Notes: a model not told the origin generated them from the sequence alone. Numbered from the stretch's first letter, positions 52,720-63,376 are shown. The stretch is DNA of 64,000 bases from Candidatus Marinacidobacterales bacterium (GCA_965237955.1 OZ250169.1:5984001-6048000); one strand, 5' to 3'. Program-made: numbers and translations.

Positions 52720-53329
52720 TGCGTGGTGGAGGATCCCGCTCGAGCGTCTGGCGACCAGCGTTCGTCTCATTGCTCGGGCTGGCGACGACCGACGCGCCCC
52801 AGCTTTGCATCATCGACCGGCGGTAGGGTTTCTGCTCGTAGCTCACCTTCACCATGTAGACTTTGCATTCCAGGTCGAAGAAGTTGCACGAGAACGCGAG
52901 CGCACTTCCCCATTGCCCGGCCCCGGTCTCCGTGGTCAGACGAGCGACGCCTTCCTGCTGGTTGTAATACGCCTGAGCCACCGCCGTGTTCGGCTTGTGA
53001 CTCCGGCGGCGCTCACACCTTCGTACTTGTAGTAGATGCGCGCAGGCGTCTCGAGAGCTTTCTCCAGACGTCTCGCACGGTACAACGGTGTCGGCCTCCA
53101 CTGGCGGTAGACATCGAGAACCGGACCGGGAACGTCGATGTAGCGTTCGGTCGAGACCTCCTGTTCGATGAGCGCCATCGGAAACAGAGGCGCGAGGTCG
53201 CTGGGACCAAGGGGCTCTCCCGTTCCTGGATTGAAGCATTGGCTTGACGGGGTCGGGGAGATCGGCCTGGATGTTGTACCAGGCCGTGGGAATATCTTTC
53301 TCAGTCAGCAAAAAATTCGTAGGTTCCAC
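52720..53329 (-). pseudogene. trpB2: TrpB2-like (tryptophan synthase beta-like) protein, frameshifted and truncated
   Basis: PTAWYNI, WRPTPL.RA..LE, YYKYEG, SHKPNTA and TETGAGQWG spread over several frames. Confidence 0.88.
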
Positions 53330-53389
53330 GGCGACCTCCAGGCGTTTTGTTCCTTATAGTTCCGGACCGTGGATTTCGTAAGCGTTCTA

Positions 53390-53510
53390 CGTTATATAGC
53401 TGCTTGCCGACGATGGCGCCGCGATAGTCGACGATCATTGAGTTGCCTCCTCCGGCGTCGATCGGTATTTCCTCTTCCGGATCGACCGCATTGTAAGGAT
53501 CGATCATGAT
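53390..53510 (-). pseudogene. Nitrilase-family fragment
   Basis: PIDAGGGNSMIVDYRGAIVG. Confidence 0.5.
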
Positions 53511-53600
53511 AGAAATCTCCGAGCTTTGCCGATTTAGAAAACGCGGCAGTCGAACTCAGAGAGAATGGGTAGGAAAAGCTGAGTCCCACCAGGACGGTGG

Positions 53601-53731
53601 AAATGAAAAAGACGAGACCGGAGCTCCCAACCAACTGGAACACCGAATGTGTTCCGTTCCGGTCTCGCCTTTACCCTTTTGAAACGGGCCCCCTCGAAAT
53701 CGGCCCGTTTCGAAACGGATTTCCTGAACAG
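53601..53731 (-). ncRNA. Putative sigma54-dependent structured small RNA, copy B
   Basis: Paralog of 52401-52543 with a compensatory G-C/A-U change in the terminal stem. Confidence 0.65.
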
Positions 53732-53741
53732 CCGAGAGTAG

Positions 53742-53757
53742 TGCAATAGCGATGCCA
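53742..53757 (-). promoter_or_regulatory. sigma54 promoter
   Basis: TGGCATC-GCTA-TTGCA. Confidence 0.8.
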
Positions 53758-54070
53758 GAACCGCACCGAGCGACTCCGTCTGGACGGGCTCGGCCACTCC
53801 TCCGCCGAGCGGCGGCGGATTTCGTCGATTGCGTTCAAAACGACACGAATCTCGGTCGGTGGATTGTCGACGCGCTGAATCATGACGAATGTCTCGGACG
53901 GCCAGCGGTTCGTCATGATCGAAGCCGCCGACGAGGACGAGACCTGAATCCGCGTCGTCGTGAACTGGCACGAAGAGCCCGAGCGCCTCATGACCGAATC
54001 CCGCTCACGTTCACGGTGATCTCGAGAAAAGGAGAGATACGGGCTCGACATCTGTACGCCGTGAACGTGC

Positions 54071-55366
54071 CTAGTCTTCCGCATAGTCGGCCGGACTTCG
54101 GAGAGGAAGGCGGATCGTCACCGATGTGCCCCGGCCGGGCTCGCTTTCGACCTCGATACGCCCACCGTGGTCATCGACGATCTTGCGAGCGAGGAACAGG
54201 CCGAATCCCATTCTGACTCGTGATTCCTGCCGGAAAACGAAATCGAATATTTTCCTCACCACCTCCGGCGGCATCCCCGATCCCGTATCGGTGATTCTTA
54301 TCTCGATATCGCTCTTCATCATTTCCGTCGTGATTTTGATGCTCCCCTCGCCTTCGATCGCCTCGATGGCGTTTCGGACCACGTGCATGAACACCTGATT
54401 CATCTGAGCCGAGGCGCAATACAGTGGATCGATCGTGCCATATTCCCGCTCGACAGCGATGCGACTTCCGATCTTCGATTGCAGTAATGCCAGCGCACTC
54501 TCGATCCCCACGTGCACATCGACGGTCTGATAGGTGGCCTGGTCGACACCTGCGAAGCTCATCAAACTGCCGACGATCGTTTCCACGCGATCCGTCGCGG
54601 TGGTGATGGCTTTCGTGGAATCGGAAATGATGTCGAGCACAGCGTCGAGTCCATTCCCCTGCGCGGTTTCTTCGGACACGGTCGCCTTCAGCTTCTTTGC
54701 CGCCTTGAGCACCGTGTCATGCCCAGCGGTGAGCGCACCCAGTGGTGTATTCAGCTCGTGCGCCACGCCCGCTACGAGATTGCCGAGTGACGCCATCCTC
54801 TCTTGCACGAGCATCCGGCACTCCAGCGCCCTCATCTTTTCGGTGTAGCGAAGTCTCTCCTCCATTTCATTTTTGAGCTCTTGCTCCATCTGCATCTGTC
54901 GCATCTTGCCCGAGAACAGATGGGATGCCAGCGAGAGGAACTTCACATCGAGCGCGTTGAAATCGTGGGCCGTCCCGTAGATGAGCACGCTTTGTGTCCG
55001 GTCATGAGCGAACTGGGGACAAACGTACACGCGGGCCACCGATAGTCCCTGAAAGGCCGATGGCAAAGTCGGACGGATCGTGGCAAGTGCGTCGCCTTCG
55101 TAGACGTGCGAGCCCGGTATGTCCAGGATCGCGGGCTCGACATCTCGATCCACTCGAGAAATCGCGGCCTGCCCGCGCTCTCCGTCCACGACCATTCCCG
55201 AGTCCAGGTACCGCCAGCACAGGACATCGCCGATGTACTTCAGCTTCCGGGCGAAGATCTCGGCGGTGGCATCCACGCCGCTCGAGCGATTAAGCTCGTC
55301 GGATAATTCGACGAGCGATTCATAACGGGCTAATCTCGAGAGCTCCTGAAGCGCGGTCATCGGCAC
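54071..55366 (-). CDS. Cytoplasmic sensor histidine kinase (GAF-like, HisKA, HATPase)
   Basis: GVAHELNTPL, NQVF...NAIEA, DTGSGM and GFGL motifs. Confidence 0.9.
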   Translation of the reverse strand: MPMTALQELSRLARYESLVELSDELNRSSGVDATAEIFARKLKYIGDVLCWRYLDSGMVVDGERGQAAISRVDRDVEPAILDIPGSHVYEGDALATIRPTLPSAFQGLSVARVYVCPQFAHDRTQSVLIYGTAHDFNALDVKFLSLASHLFSGKMRQMQMEQELKNEMEERLRYTEKMRALECRMLVQERMASLGNLVAGVAHELNTPLGALTAGHDTVLKAAKKLKATVSEETAQGNGLDAVLDIISDSTKAITTATDRVETIVGSLMSFAGVDQATYQTVDVHVGIESALALLQSKIGSRIAVEREYGTIDPLYCASAQMNQVFMHVVRNAIEAIEGEGSIKITTEMMKSDIEIRITDTGSGMPPEVVRKIFDFVFRQESRVRMGFGLFLARKIVDDHGGRIEVESEPGRGTSVTIRLPLRSPADYAED

Positions 55367-55369
55367 TCA

Positions 55370-55884
55370 CCTCCTCGGATGGTGGAAAAGGACGTTCCGG
55401 TGGGATGTCGTAGATGGCGACGATCGTGTTCATCATGACGGCGAAGTCAGCCAGGGCCATCAACTCGTCGATTTCCCACTCCCCGTAGCCCTCGTCCTGC
55501 AGGTCCCGTCACGATCTCGATGGCGACCCAGTAAGATCGCGGCAGTGCTCGAGCGCCTCGCCCTCGGTCAAGCGCATCAGATCCTCGCAGGTGAGGGTTT
55601 TGCAGCTCGAGCGCGGCATGGCCATGGAGAGCAGTGCAGTAGTGGTTGCCCGCGCGAACGGAAATGTTGAAAAGAACGAGCTGCTTGAGCAGCATGGGCA
55701 CGTCGCCGGCGAGCACCGCGTATCTGAGCTTGCCCCACGTGGCTCGAAGAACGTTCTCGTTCACACCGAGCGCTTTGAGAAAGTTCGGGACATCGGGCGC
55801 ACCGGAGACCTTTTTCACTTCGTCGTAGATCGCCCGCACTTGCGGCGATGCCTCGGCATATTCAACAACGCTTCGACGTTTCAT
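55370..55884 (-). pseudogene. AhpD/CMD-like peroxidase-related protein, frameshifted
   Basis: YDEVK...VPNFLKALG...LKQL...NHYCTALH; C-terminus in other frames; end approximate. Confidence 0.7.
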
Positions 55885-55945
55885 GATCGAGCTCCCAGAA
55901 AGGAGAGGCGCAGGCCCGACCGGGACCTGCGCCCTCGTTGAATTC

Positions 55946-56478
55946 CTACTTCTTTCTAAACCGGCTGTCGATGGGAACATGATGTGAGCGTACGGTGTGT
56001 CGGGCCACATGACCCAAGGACCTCCGTTGCGGTGGTCGGTGGACATGTTCTTCAACAGGCTGTGGTCCGGCACGACGATCATCATGTGGGCGTGTAAGTC
56101 AGTGACCCAGTCCTCGGGACCGGTGGCCTCGGTGGCATAGGGGTCCTTGTTACTGACAGGTGTATCGCCGGCCAACATGTAGGCGAAACCCATCTCTGTG
56201 TAGCTCGGCTCCGTCTTGTTGATGTAGGCGTCCAGAAAGTTCATCCACGGCTCGTTGACGCACCAAGGATCGACGCCCGGCGTGTCCGGCCGGTCGGGCA
56301 GACAGGTCCATCCATTGCTGCCTTCGCGAAGCGTGTTCATGTTCCAGTCCTTGATGGTGGCATTGGCAGCGATGGAATCGGGTCCCGCGCTCATCGCGCT
56401 TTCGATGGACTCCTCGTTCGTAGCTGTCAATGCGGTGGCAGACACGAGGGCACAAATTCCGAGAGTGACGATCTTCAT
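55946..56478 (-). CDS. Secreted hypothetical protein (frameshift near the stop fuses it to the next ORF)
   Basis: Signal peptide; AMSAGP, LREGSNGWTCLP and PWVMWPDTPYAHIM. Confidence 0.7.
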
Positions 56479-56502
56479 TGGTTTCCTCCTTTTCTTGCTG
56501 GA

Positions 56503-57155
56503 TTAGGCGGCGTGCAAAGTGCGGACGGCGTCCTCGGTGGTGAGGACGGCGTTCGCGATGAATCCGAAGTTCGTGAGTGCCGTCGCGTAGCCATCGCCGA
56601 GCTCGGGATGCTTCGCGGCCGCGGTGGCGTCCTTGACGACGGAGACCTCGAAGCCTTGCTCCAAGAGCTCGCGCAGGTGGCTCTCGAGGCACAGATTGGC
56701 CGACATCCCGCAGAGCAGCACTTTGGAGATGCCGCGTTTGCGAAGCTGCAGCACGAGGTCATTGCTCTCGGGCCCGTACACCTTGTGCGGGCTCACGACG
56801 ACGGTCTTGCCGTCCTCGATGTAGGGCTTGTACACCTCGAGCCAATCGGCACCCGACCCCTCGAAGCCCTCGACCGAAAGGGCCCCGGCGCGATCGAACA
56901 TCTTGATCTCGTGCATCAACTTTTCGACGGTGCCGCCGAACTGCCAGCCGCGGTCGGTCGGGTAGTAGTAGTGGGGCGAGACGAAGACCTCGCAGCCGGA
57001 CTGCTTCGCGGCCTTTAAAAGCGCCTCGATGTGCTCGACCGTCCCGTTCTCCTGAACGCTCTCGCCGACGAGGCCCCACGTGACCCCCGAGGGACTGAGA
57101 AAATCGTTCTGTGGATCGGTGATGACGAGCGCGGTTGCCTGCTGTTCGTGTCCAT
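56503..57155 (-). pseudogene. Isochorismatase-family cysteine hydrolase (frameshift in the first codons)
   Basis: TDPQNDF, PHKVYGP and ANLCLESH motifs; ATG 57155 with SD is out of frame. Confidence 0.85.
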
Positions 57156-57306
57156 GACTCTCCTCCTTGGTTTGATTTGCACTCTTGTGCTTTCGACCAT
57201 GGGGATACAGTGCCGGCAACCATGTGCGATAGGGTCCGGATGACGTGCTAAATCGTCTCGATCCAGCCGCTTTGAACCGCAGCCCGTCTTCGAATAGCAT
57301 GGCGGC

Positions 57307-58227
57307 ATGCTGCTGGAGCGCCTCTTCGAGAATTTAGCTCTGTCCGTCGAGCCCTTCGCAACCTGCCGGGTGGCTCCCGGGTGGAGGCTCCGGCTCCCTC
57401 TCCGTGACTGGGTGATTCTTCACTTCGTCTTGCAGGGCGAGGGGGCGCTTCGTTTCGGCACTAACATTAGCGGAGGCGGGGAGGTCCATGGCTTGCCCAG
57501 GAACTGTCTTGCGGTGATGCCCCCGAGCCTTCCGCACGCCGTCGAGTGCGGTTCGGACGTGCGTCACGAGGCCGAAGTCCGGGGCGACGAGACTGGAGCC
57601 CCCCTGTGCGTGCTTGGCGCAGGCCCCGCCGAAGAACTGGGTGTCGTCGTGGCTTGCGGTCGTGTCCAAGTCACCTACGGCGGAGGCCCGGGCCTGTTCG
57701 ACCTGCTTAGAGAGCCCATCGTTCTCGATTTCTCCGACTCGCCATCGATGCGCGCGACCTTCGAGTCTCTGGTCGGCGAGTATCGAGCCGGCGAAGCGGG
57801 CAGCGCCGCCATGATGGCGGCGCTCATGAATCAATGCTTGATCTCCGTCTTCCGGCGTCTGAGCGATCAACCGGACAGCCAGCTGCCGTGGCTCGCGGCG
57901 CTCGACGACCCCAGCCTCGCGCGCGTCCTCGACGACATCCTCGCCCGGCCCGAGCGCCCGCACTCCGTCGACACGCTTGCGGAGCTCGCCCACATGAGCC
58001 GATCGGTCTTCGCACGGCGCTTCCAAGAGTGTTTCGCCTGCACTCCCATGGACTACGTCCGGGACACACGGCTCCGGCGGGCCGCGCAACTATTGCACCG
58101 AGGAGAGCGGTCGGTGAACGACGTCGCGACGCGCGTGGGGTTTGCGAGCCGCAGCCATTTCTCTCGCGCGTTCCAGGCGCACTTTGGTTGCCCGCCTTCG
58201 AAGTTTCGCGTCGCGGACGAAGCGTAG
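57307..58227 (+). CDS. AraC family regulator (cupin plus HTH)
   Basis: HFVLQG; MSRSVFARRF...VGFASRSHFSRAF; divergent from the hydrolase operon. Confidence 0.92.
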   Translation: MLLERLFENLALSVEPFATCRVAPGWRLRLPLRDWVILHFVLQGEGALRFGTNISGGGEVHGLPRNCLAVMPPSLPHAVECGSDVRHEAEVRGDETGAPLCVLGAGPAEELGVVVACGRVQVTYGGGPGLFDLLREPIVLDFSDSPSMRATFESLVGEYRAGEAGSAAMMAALMNQCLISVFRRLSDQPDSQLPWLAALDDPSLARVLDDILARPERPHSVDTLAELAHMSRSVFARRFQECFACTPMDYVRDTRLRRAAQLLHRGERSVNDVATRVGFASRSHFSRAFQAHFGCPPSKFRVADEA

Positions 58228-58323
58228 TGGCGTGCGCCATCGCCGGACGACCGTGCAAATAACCCTTGCCGCCATACGGTTGTCGATACGAGTGCCTACA
58301 GGATCGACGTGCGCGCTGGCGAG

Positions 58324-58776
58324 CTACTTTTCGAGTGAGCTGATATCGAGCAATGCGTCTTCGATCGCGATGCGGGTCACCTTCGTACCCTTGGGCACCC
58401 GGAACGAAAAGTTGCAGGTGTAAGCATCTTGCGAGCTCACGTCACGAAACGACTGAGCAGTTTTGTATTCCTTGCCCGCGTCGTCGTAGAGGAGCGGCTT
58501 CGGAATCTCTCCACCCTCGAACGAGGGCAGAACCTTCACGTCGATTTGGATCGTCGCGAACTCGTTGTCTTCGGTCGGCCGGATGACGCCTCTGACGATA
58601 TTTGCGCCGGGGGTACAATCTTGCAGGCTCACCCTGGTGGCACGCTCCACACCTTTCGCCGTCAGTTCCAGTCCCTTGTATGACGTTGAGTCGTCGGCAC
58701 CCGCCATCAACGCGCCACTGACGAGCGTGGCAATCACGAGCGCCAGGAGGCTCAGACGAGAGACACTCATGCTCAT
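58324..58776 (-). CDS. Secreted Ig-like hypothetical protein
   Basis: Signal peptide; LYDDAGKEY and FRVPKG. Confidence 0.6.
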   Translation of the reverse strand: MSMSVSRLSLLALVIATLVSGALMAGADDSTSYKGLELTAKGVERATRVSLQDCTPGANIVRGVIRPTEDNEFATIQIDVKVLPSFEGGEIPKPLLYDDAGKEYKTAQSFRDVSSQDAYTCNFSFRVPKGTKVTRIAIEDALLDISSLEK

Positions 58777-58806
58777 GAAACGACCCCCTTCCAAGAAAAT
58801 CCTGCT

Positions 58807-59619
58807 CTACAGTCGTCGATCGGGCTGAATCATCGAGCGCCACATGTGCGTCGACGGCGAGTTGTCCCAACCGAGCCCTTCTTCGGGCTGCTTGAAGTGG
58901 CGAGCGACGATCTCGAGGAACGGTTCGATCGAGACTTTGGCGCTCCGGTCGAACGAGTAGAGGTCGTTCACGGTCACCAGCCTTGGGTACTCGTACCATT
59001 TGTGGTTCCTGACCCAATCGTGCGTCTTCTGGAGATACGGCTCCGGTACGTAGTCTTCGCCGAACGACCGGAAGTAGCTTTCCGGATATTCGTATCCGTA
59101 TTCCGTGTCCGGAAAGAACCGCAGGCACTGATGGTAGCGGATCGCGAACGTCGTTTTCTCGGGAACGTACGGCTCGACGAGCTGCGCGCCCCACCAGCCG
59201 TGATCCGGCCCGATCAATGCGAGGACCACGTCGTGTAGCAGGCACGCCAGGACGATCTCCTCCGGCATCCCGGTGGTGAGCGCCCGGCTCGCGCTCTGGA
59301 GCACGTGGCTCGCCGGCGCGAAACGATACTCAAAAAAGTCCTCAAGCGTCGGCTTCTCCGGCATTGCCGGAAGCGCTTTGAGCTTACCGTCACGCCCCCG
59401 TCTGAAGAGTGCTCCGGTGCCGTTGCGGTAAGGCCGATCGAGATCCGCGTTCTTCGCCTCGAGCTCGGCGACCGTCGGATACTCGGGCTCGTCCGCCGCG
59501 GCGTTGAGCTGCTCTTCCATGTAGTGCTCGAGCGCATCGGCTTTTTGATCCGGTGTCATCAGGGCAACCGCGGCCGCCCCACCAAGACTTTGAAACAAAG
59601 CGCGACGATCAATTTCCAT
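58807..59619 (-). CDS. HD-domain phosphohydrolase with an RR-type N-terminus
   Basis: DRRALF; HVLQSA, CLLHD, DHG and YHQ motifs. Confidence 0.8.
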   Translation of the reverse strand: MEIDRRALFQSLGGAAAVALMTPDQKADALEHYMEEQLNAAADEPEYPTVAELEAKNADLDRPYRNGTGALFRRGRDGKLKALPAMPEKPTLEDFFEYRFAPASHVLQSASRALTTGMPEEIVLACLLHDVVLALIGPDHGWWGAQLVEPYVPEKTTFAIRYHQCLRFFPDTEYGYEYPESYFRSFGEDYVPEPYLQKTHDWVRNHKWYEYPRLVTVNDLYSFDRSAKVSIEPFLEIVARHFKQPEEGLGWDNSPSTHMWRSMIQPDRRL

Positions 59620-59871
59620 AGCACATCCTCTCGTCCATTGCGGGACAACACCTCGATGCTCCGCCGGCGCCGCCACAGTCGCGCCGGCCACGTTGTCGCC
59701 GAAAGCATATGCCGCGCTTGCCCTGGAGTCAACGACCAGGTATTATCCCCGGCTACGGTTGCCTTTCGCTGGCTCGTCCCGCGACATCACGCTGACTACG
59801 ACCGACTGTTATCCGCACGCCAGCGATTCTCGATGACGCCAGTCCGAGGTGACCTGAATAGGAGGGAATCA

Positions 59872-60531
59872 ATGCGGACTGTTCAAATCCTCGTTATGTC
59901 TTTTATCGCAGCGGTCGGTCTTTCGTGTACGGGTCAGCCCGGGGAACGGGAGCTGACCACCTTCGGAAACGCAGTGCAAGCGGGCGACGAAGCCACGGCC
60001 GCGCAAGTCTCCCTCGTGGAGTTCCCCGGAAAAGTCTCGACGTGGGAGATCGTGACGATCGGTCCGGAGTCGAGCGAGCCGTTTCCGCTCGTCAAGCTTC
60101 TGGAAGAACGAACGGCGATGGTGAAAGAGCTCGAGGCTATGTTCGACGCGAACGATACTTTCATCCAAGACAACGTGGAGTTGTACGACAAGTACAAACC
60201 GCGCAAGGCCAAAGACCCGGACACGAAGTTCACCGGGGAACTGAAAGAGTTCGCCGAAGAGCTCGGTGCTCGGCTGGAGAAGCAGGCGGCTCTAGATCAG
60301 AAGATCAGGGACGCTGGCAAAATCATCGATGCGGTCAAAAAGGCAGCATCTCTTTCGACCAACACCCCGGGGTTGGGCTCGAAATACGAAGGTGATGTCC
60401 TCGAGAAAGAGGCGAAGGTCAAATTCGACAACAAAGACTATACCGTCACGTTGAAGCAGTACGCGCTCATCAACACCGAGCACAACATAAGACCGATGGC
60501 GCGCTGGATCATCACCGATATTCAGGAATAA
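59872..60531 (+). CDS. Lipoprotein with coiled coil
   Basis: SD GGAGG; lipobox VGLSC. Confidence 0.75.
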   Translation: MRTVQILVMSFIAAVGLSCTGQPGERELTTFGNAVQAGDEATAAQVSLVEFPGKVSTWEIVTIGPESSEPFPLVKLLEERTAMVKELEAMFDANDTFIQDNVELYDKYKPRKAKDPDTKFTGELKEFAEELGARLEKQAALDQKIRDAGKIIDAVKKAASLSTNTPGLGSKYEGDVLEKEAKVKFDNKDYTVTLKQYALINTEHNIRPMARWIITDIQE

Positions 60532-60534
60532 CGG

Positions 60535-60900
60535 GCGACAGGTTCGACAAATCCAGCACCAGCGTCTAAAAGGCTTGTCGCTCCCCGAGCGCCTGCGCGC
60601 ATAGGTGGACTCGACCGCGTCGTGGTCTTGATCGAACGCGGCTGTCTCGATGCCCCGCCTGAGCGCTCGCTTTTGTACCTCGAGGGTCGCGAGCGCTCCG
60701 TCTCTCAGCTCACTGAAACACACATTCAATATGGGTAAGAGATGAACGGGATGCGCTCGGGCCGGATGACTTTGTAGACGTCTTCGGTGACGGTGAGCTC
60801 GGCCGCCGCCGCTTCGTGTGGAACCAGCAAACGGGGGTCGTCGAGAATGTACAAAACTTTCGCGATGCGTGCCATCCGCACCCCTGGCGCAGGTCTGCTC
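60535..60900 (-). pseudogene. NoeA-like SAM methyltransferase remnant
   Basis: IRPERIPFISYPY/(E)C.FSELRDGALATL joined directly to AFDQDHDAVE; large internal deletion. Confidence 0.65.
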
Positions 60901-61124
60901 GCCACCAGGCAGCGGGCCACGTCCCCTTAATCCCCTTCACGCGGCGCCTTTCGGTATCTCCTGCCCCATGTTATATTCGTCTATACTTAAGCAATCGCAC
61001 GAAGATCCGAGCACACTCTCGGTGACGTCTCTCCAAATGTAATCGAATCGCGTAGGGCCAGGTCTCTCACGAGTGACGAAGCCGCACCCCCAAACACCGC
61101 CCAGCATTTCGCTGCTCGCGCTTT

Positions 61125-63362
61125 TTGTTTGCACGGAAGTTGGCAACGCCCGACACGCGCGCGCGAAACTGGATAGGTTTCTCGCTGGCGCTTTCCGGAC
61201 TCTGCGTGCTTCTGACGCTCGAAGTTTGGGACGAGATCCCCGCAGTTTTTCTATTGTTTGCGAACGCCTCACCGAGCTTCGCGCTCATGGAAGGTGTCCG
61301 GTTCCTGGTTGCGCTCTTCCTCATGCTCCTTCCAACCGCTGCGTTCGGGATCGCCTTTCCGCTGATTCTCCACTGCGCGTCCTCGCGTCGAGACGGTTTC
61401 GGAAAGCACGTGGGGCAGGTTTATGCGGTCAACACCATGGGAGCCGTCCTCGGCGCCCTCTCCGGGCCCTATCTGTTGTTGCCGACGCTCGGGAGCTTGT
61501 CGTCTCTAAGAGTGCTCGGCTCACTACTGCTTGTTGCCGGAGGGCTTGCCATTTACGTCTTGGCAGACATTCCGAAACGGCGCGCCGTCGCCGCCGTCTG
61601 TGTATCCGCAATTCTATGGGGCCCGTTCGTGCCGGTCAGCTGGGACTTCAATGCGCTGAACATGGCCGCAGCCATCTACCTCGGAGACTCCGCTAGCACT
61701 CGCGGCGAGATCCTGTATCTTCGCGAAGACGCGACCGGGGGTCTCACCAGCGTCGTCGAAGAACGTGGGGTACGGACCTTGCTCACGAACGGGAAGTTCC
61801 AAGGTGACAACGCCGAGGAGATTCCGGTCCAACATCGAGCAGCCAATATCCCAACGCTCTTCACGAAAGAGCGCGAGCGCGCGCTCGTGATCGGACTGGG
61901 AACCGGCGTCACGCTCGCAGCGCTGGCCGCTCACGGGTTCGACGAAGTCGTCTGCGCAGAGCTGAGCGAGCCGATCATCGAAGCGGCGCGCGAGTATTTC
62001 GCCGACGTCAACGGCGACATTTTGAACGCTCCCGAGCTTAGGCTCATCCAAGAAGACGGCCGTAGCATCCTGCTCGAACTTCCGGATCGCTACGACGTCA
62101 TCACTGTCGAAGTGTCCAGTATTTGGTTCGCCGGGGTTGGTTCGATCTACAGCCAGGAGTTCTACGAGCTCGCGTCCAGCCGCCTGCGGCGAAACGGTGT
62201 GCTCCTGCAGTGGTTCCCGATCCACCACCTTTCTGCAAGAAACCTCTTTATCGTCGTTAACACCGTTCGCTCGGGTTTTCCCCACGTGAGTTTGTGGACG
62301 CACCGGCATCAAGCTTTCGTGGTCGCGAGCAACGAGCCTCTTCGACTGGATCTCGAGTCCGTGCGCTCCGACCAAGAGCGGACATCGATGGCCTCTTACT
62401 TGAGGGAGCTCGCGTCCGGCTCACCGCTCGAGCTTCTGAGCGATCTCGTCGTGACCGATGACGACATGGGCGGCTTCCTCGACTCCATGGCCCTGCTTTT
62501 GCGAACGCGTCGAAGCGTGGTCTCGACCGATTCCTGGCCGACCCTCGAGTATGAAACGCCGAAGGACGTCCTCAAGAACTTTTCGTACTTCCAGAACCGT
62601 GCCACGTTCAAGCGTTTTCGCAGCGTCGCGCCGTTCCCTTTTCGAGGTGAGCCGACAAGCGGAGAGATTGCTCTCGCGAACGCGGCGTTCAGTCGCGGTT
62701 GGGACGACCCGCGTGCGCTGCCGCGTCTCGCGCGGCTCTGGTCCGAACAACCCGAGCTCTCCGACGCTGCGAGCCAATGGCTCTACGATGAGCTTACCGG
62801 CGAGGACGCATTCGGATCCGACTTCCCATCCGATCCCGTGATCGAGCTGCGCTCCGAGCTCGACGCGTTGAGCCGTCTGGTTCGGTCCGCGCAAACAAAA
62901 ACCGCCTGCGAACCGATCCCTCGCTTTGTGTCGCGCGTCGAGAACGTTCCTCTTCACGTTCTCTGTTTTTCGGGGCAGAGCCTCGACGGAACGAGCCCTA
63001 TTGATGCCGTCGACGGCAGTTTCGACCCCGAGCTCGACAAGGGATGGCGGGTGCGCCCCACCGGCCGACCGGTGTTTCTGGATGTCTCGTTCGAGACGCC
63101 AACCTCCATCGACAAAGTCCATCTCATCGTTAGACCCGTGGACGGTCGCGTCGTCCGCGCGCAACTCCTAGGACGGGACGAGAGCGGCGCTTGGCACCCC
63201 CTCGCAAGCGGCGGTCAGGAGACCGACATCGTTTGCCACGGTCGTCGAAGTTTCCAACTGAGCGCCGGAACACCCAAGCTGACAGGCCTGCGTGTCGAAT
63301 TCCAAGGCGAGGGTAACTCGTTCCGCATCGCTCTCTACGAGCTCTGGGCAGAGGCCCTTTGA
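61125..63362 (+). CDS. Fused membrane/spermidine-synthase-like protein, probably 5'-truncated, with a C-terminal beta domain
   Basis: YAVNTMGA, NGKFQG, IGLGTGVT, EDGR and IYSQEFY motifs; lacks the first TM block seen in 48463-51210. Confidence 0.8.
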   Translation: MFARKLATPDTRARNWIGFSLALSGLCVLLTLEVWDEIPAVFLLFANASPSFALMEGVRFLVALFLMLLPTAAFGIAFPLILHCASSRRDGFGKHVGQVYAVNTMGAVLGALSGPYLLLPTLGSLSSLRVLGSLLLVAGGLAIYVLADIPKRRAVAAVCVSAILWGPFVPVSWDFNALNMAAAIYLGDSASTRGEILYLREDATGGLTSVVEERGVRTLLTNGKFQGDNAEEIPVQHRAANIPTLFTKERERALVIGLGTGVTLAALAAHGFDEVVCAELSEPIIEAAREYFADVNGDILNAPELRLIQEDGRSILLELPDRYDVITVEVSSIWFAGVGSIYSQEFYELASSRLRRNGVLLQWFPIHHLSARNLFIVVNTVRSGFPHVSLWTHRHQAFVVASNEPLRLDLESVRSDQERTSMASYLRELASGSPLELLSDLVVTDDDMGGFLDSMALLLRTRRSVVSTDSWPTLEYETPKDVLKNFSYFQNRATFKRFRSVAPFPFRGEPTSGEIALANAAFSRGWDDPRALPRLARLWSEQPELSDAASQWLYDELTGEDAFGSDFPSDPVIELRSELDALSRLVRSAQTKTACEPIPRFVSRVENVPLHVLCFSGQSLDGTSPIDAVDGSFDPELDKGWRVRPTGRPVFLDVSFETPTSIDKVHLIVRPVDGRVVRAQLLGRDESGAWHPLASGGQETDIVCHGRRSFQLSAGTPKLTGLRVEFQGEGNSFRIALYELWAEAL

Positions 63363-63376
63363 AAGCCGCCAAAGAC

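Noticed and set aside
52401-53731. Repeated RNA as a c-di-GMP-I or glnA riboswitch
   Set aside because: AAACC..GAAA..GG is superficially similar, but I do not see the other consensus segments (GACGCAAAG, GGAAGUA), and no intact CDS follows. A cmscan is still needed.
55447-56478. 343-aa fusion of a secreted protein and an AhpD-like protein
   Set aside because: Better explained by a 1-nt indel near 55975; the second gene has its own ATG at 55884.
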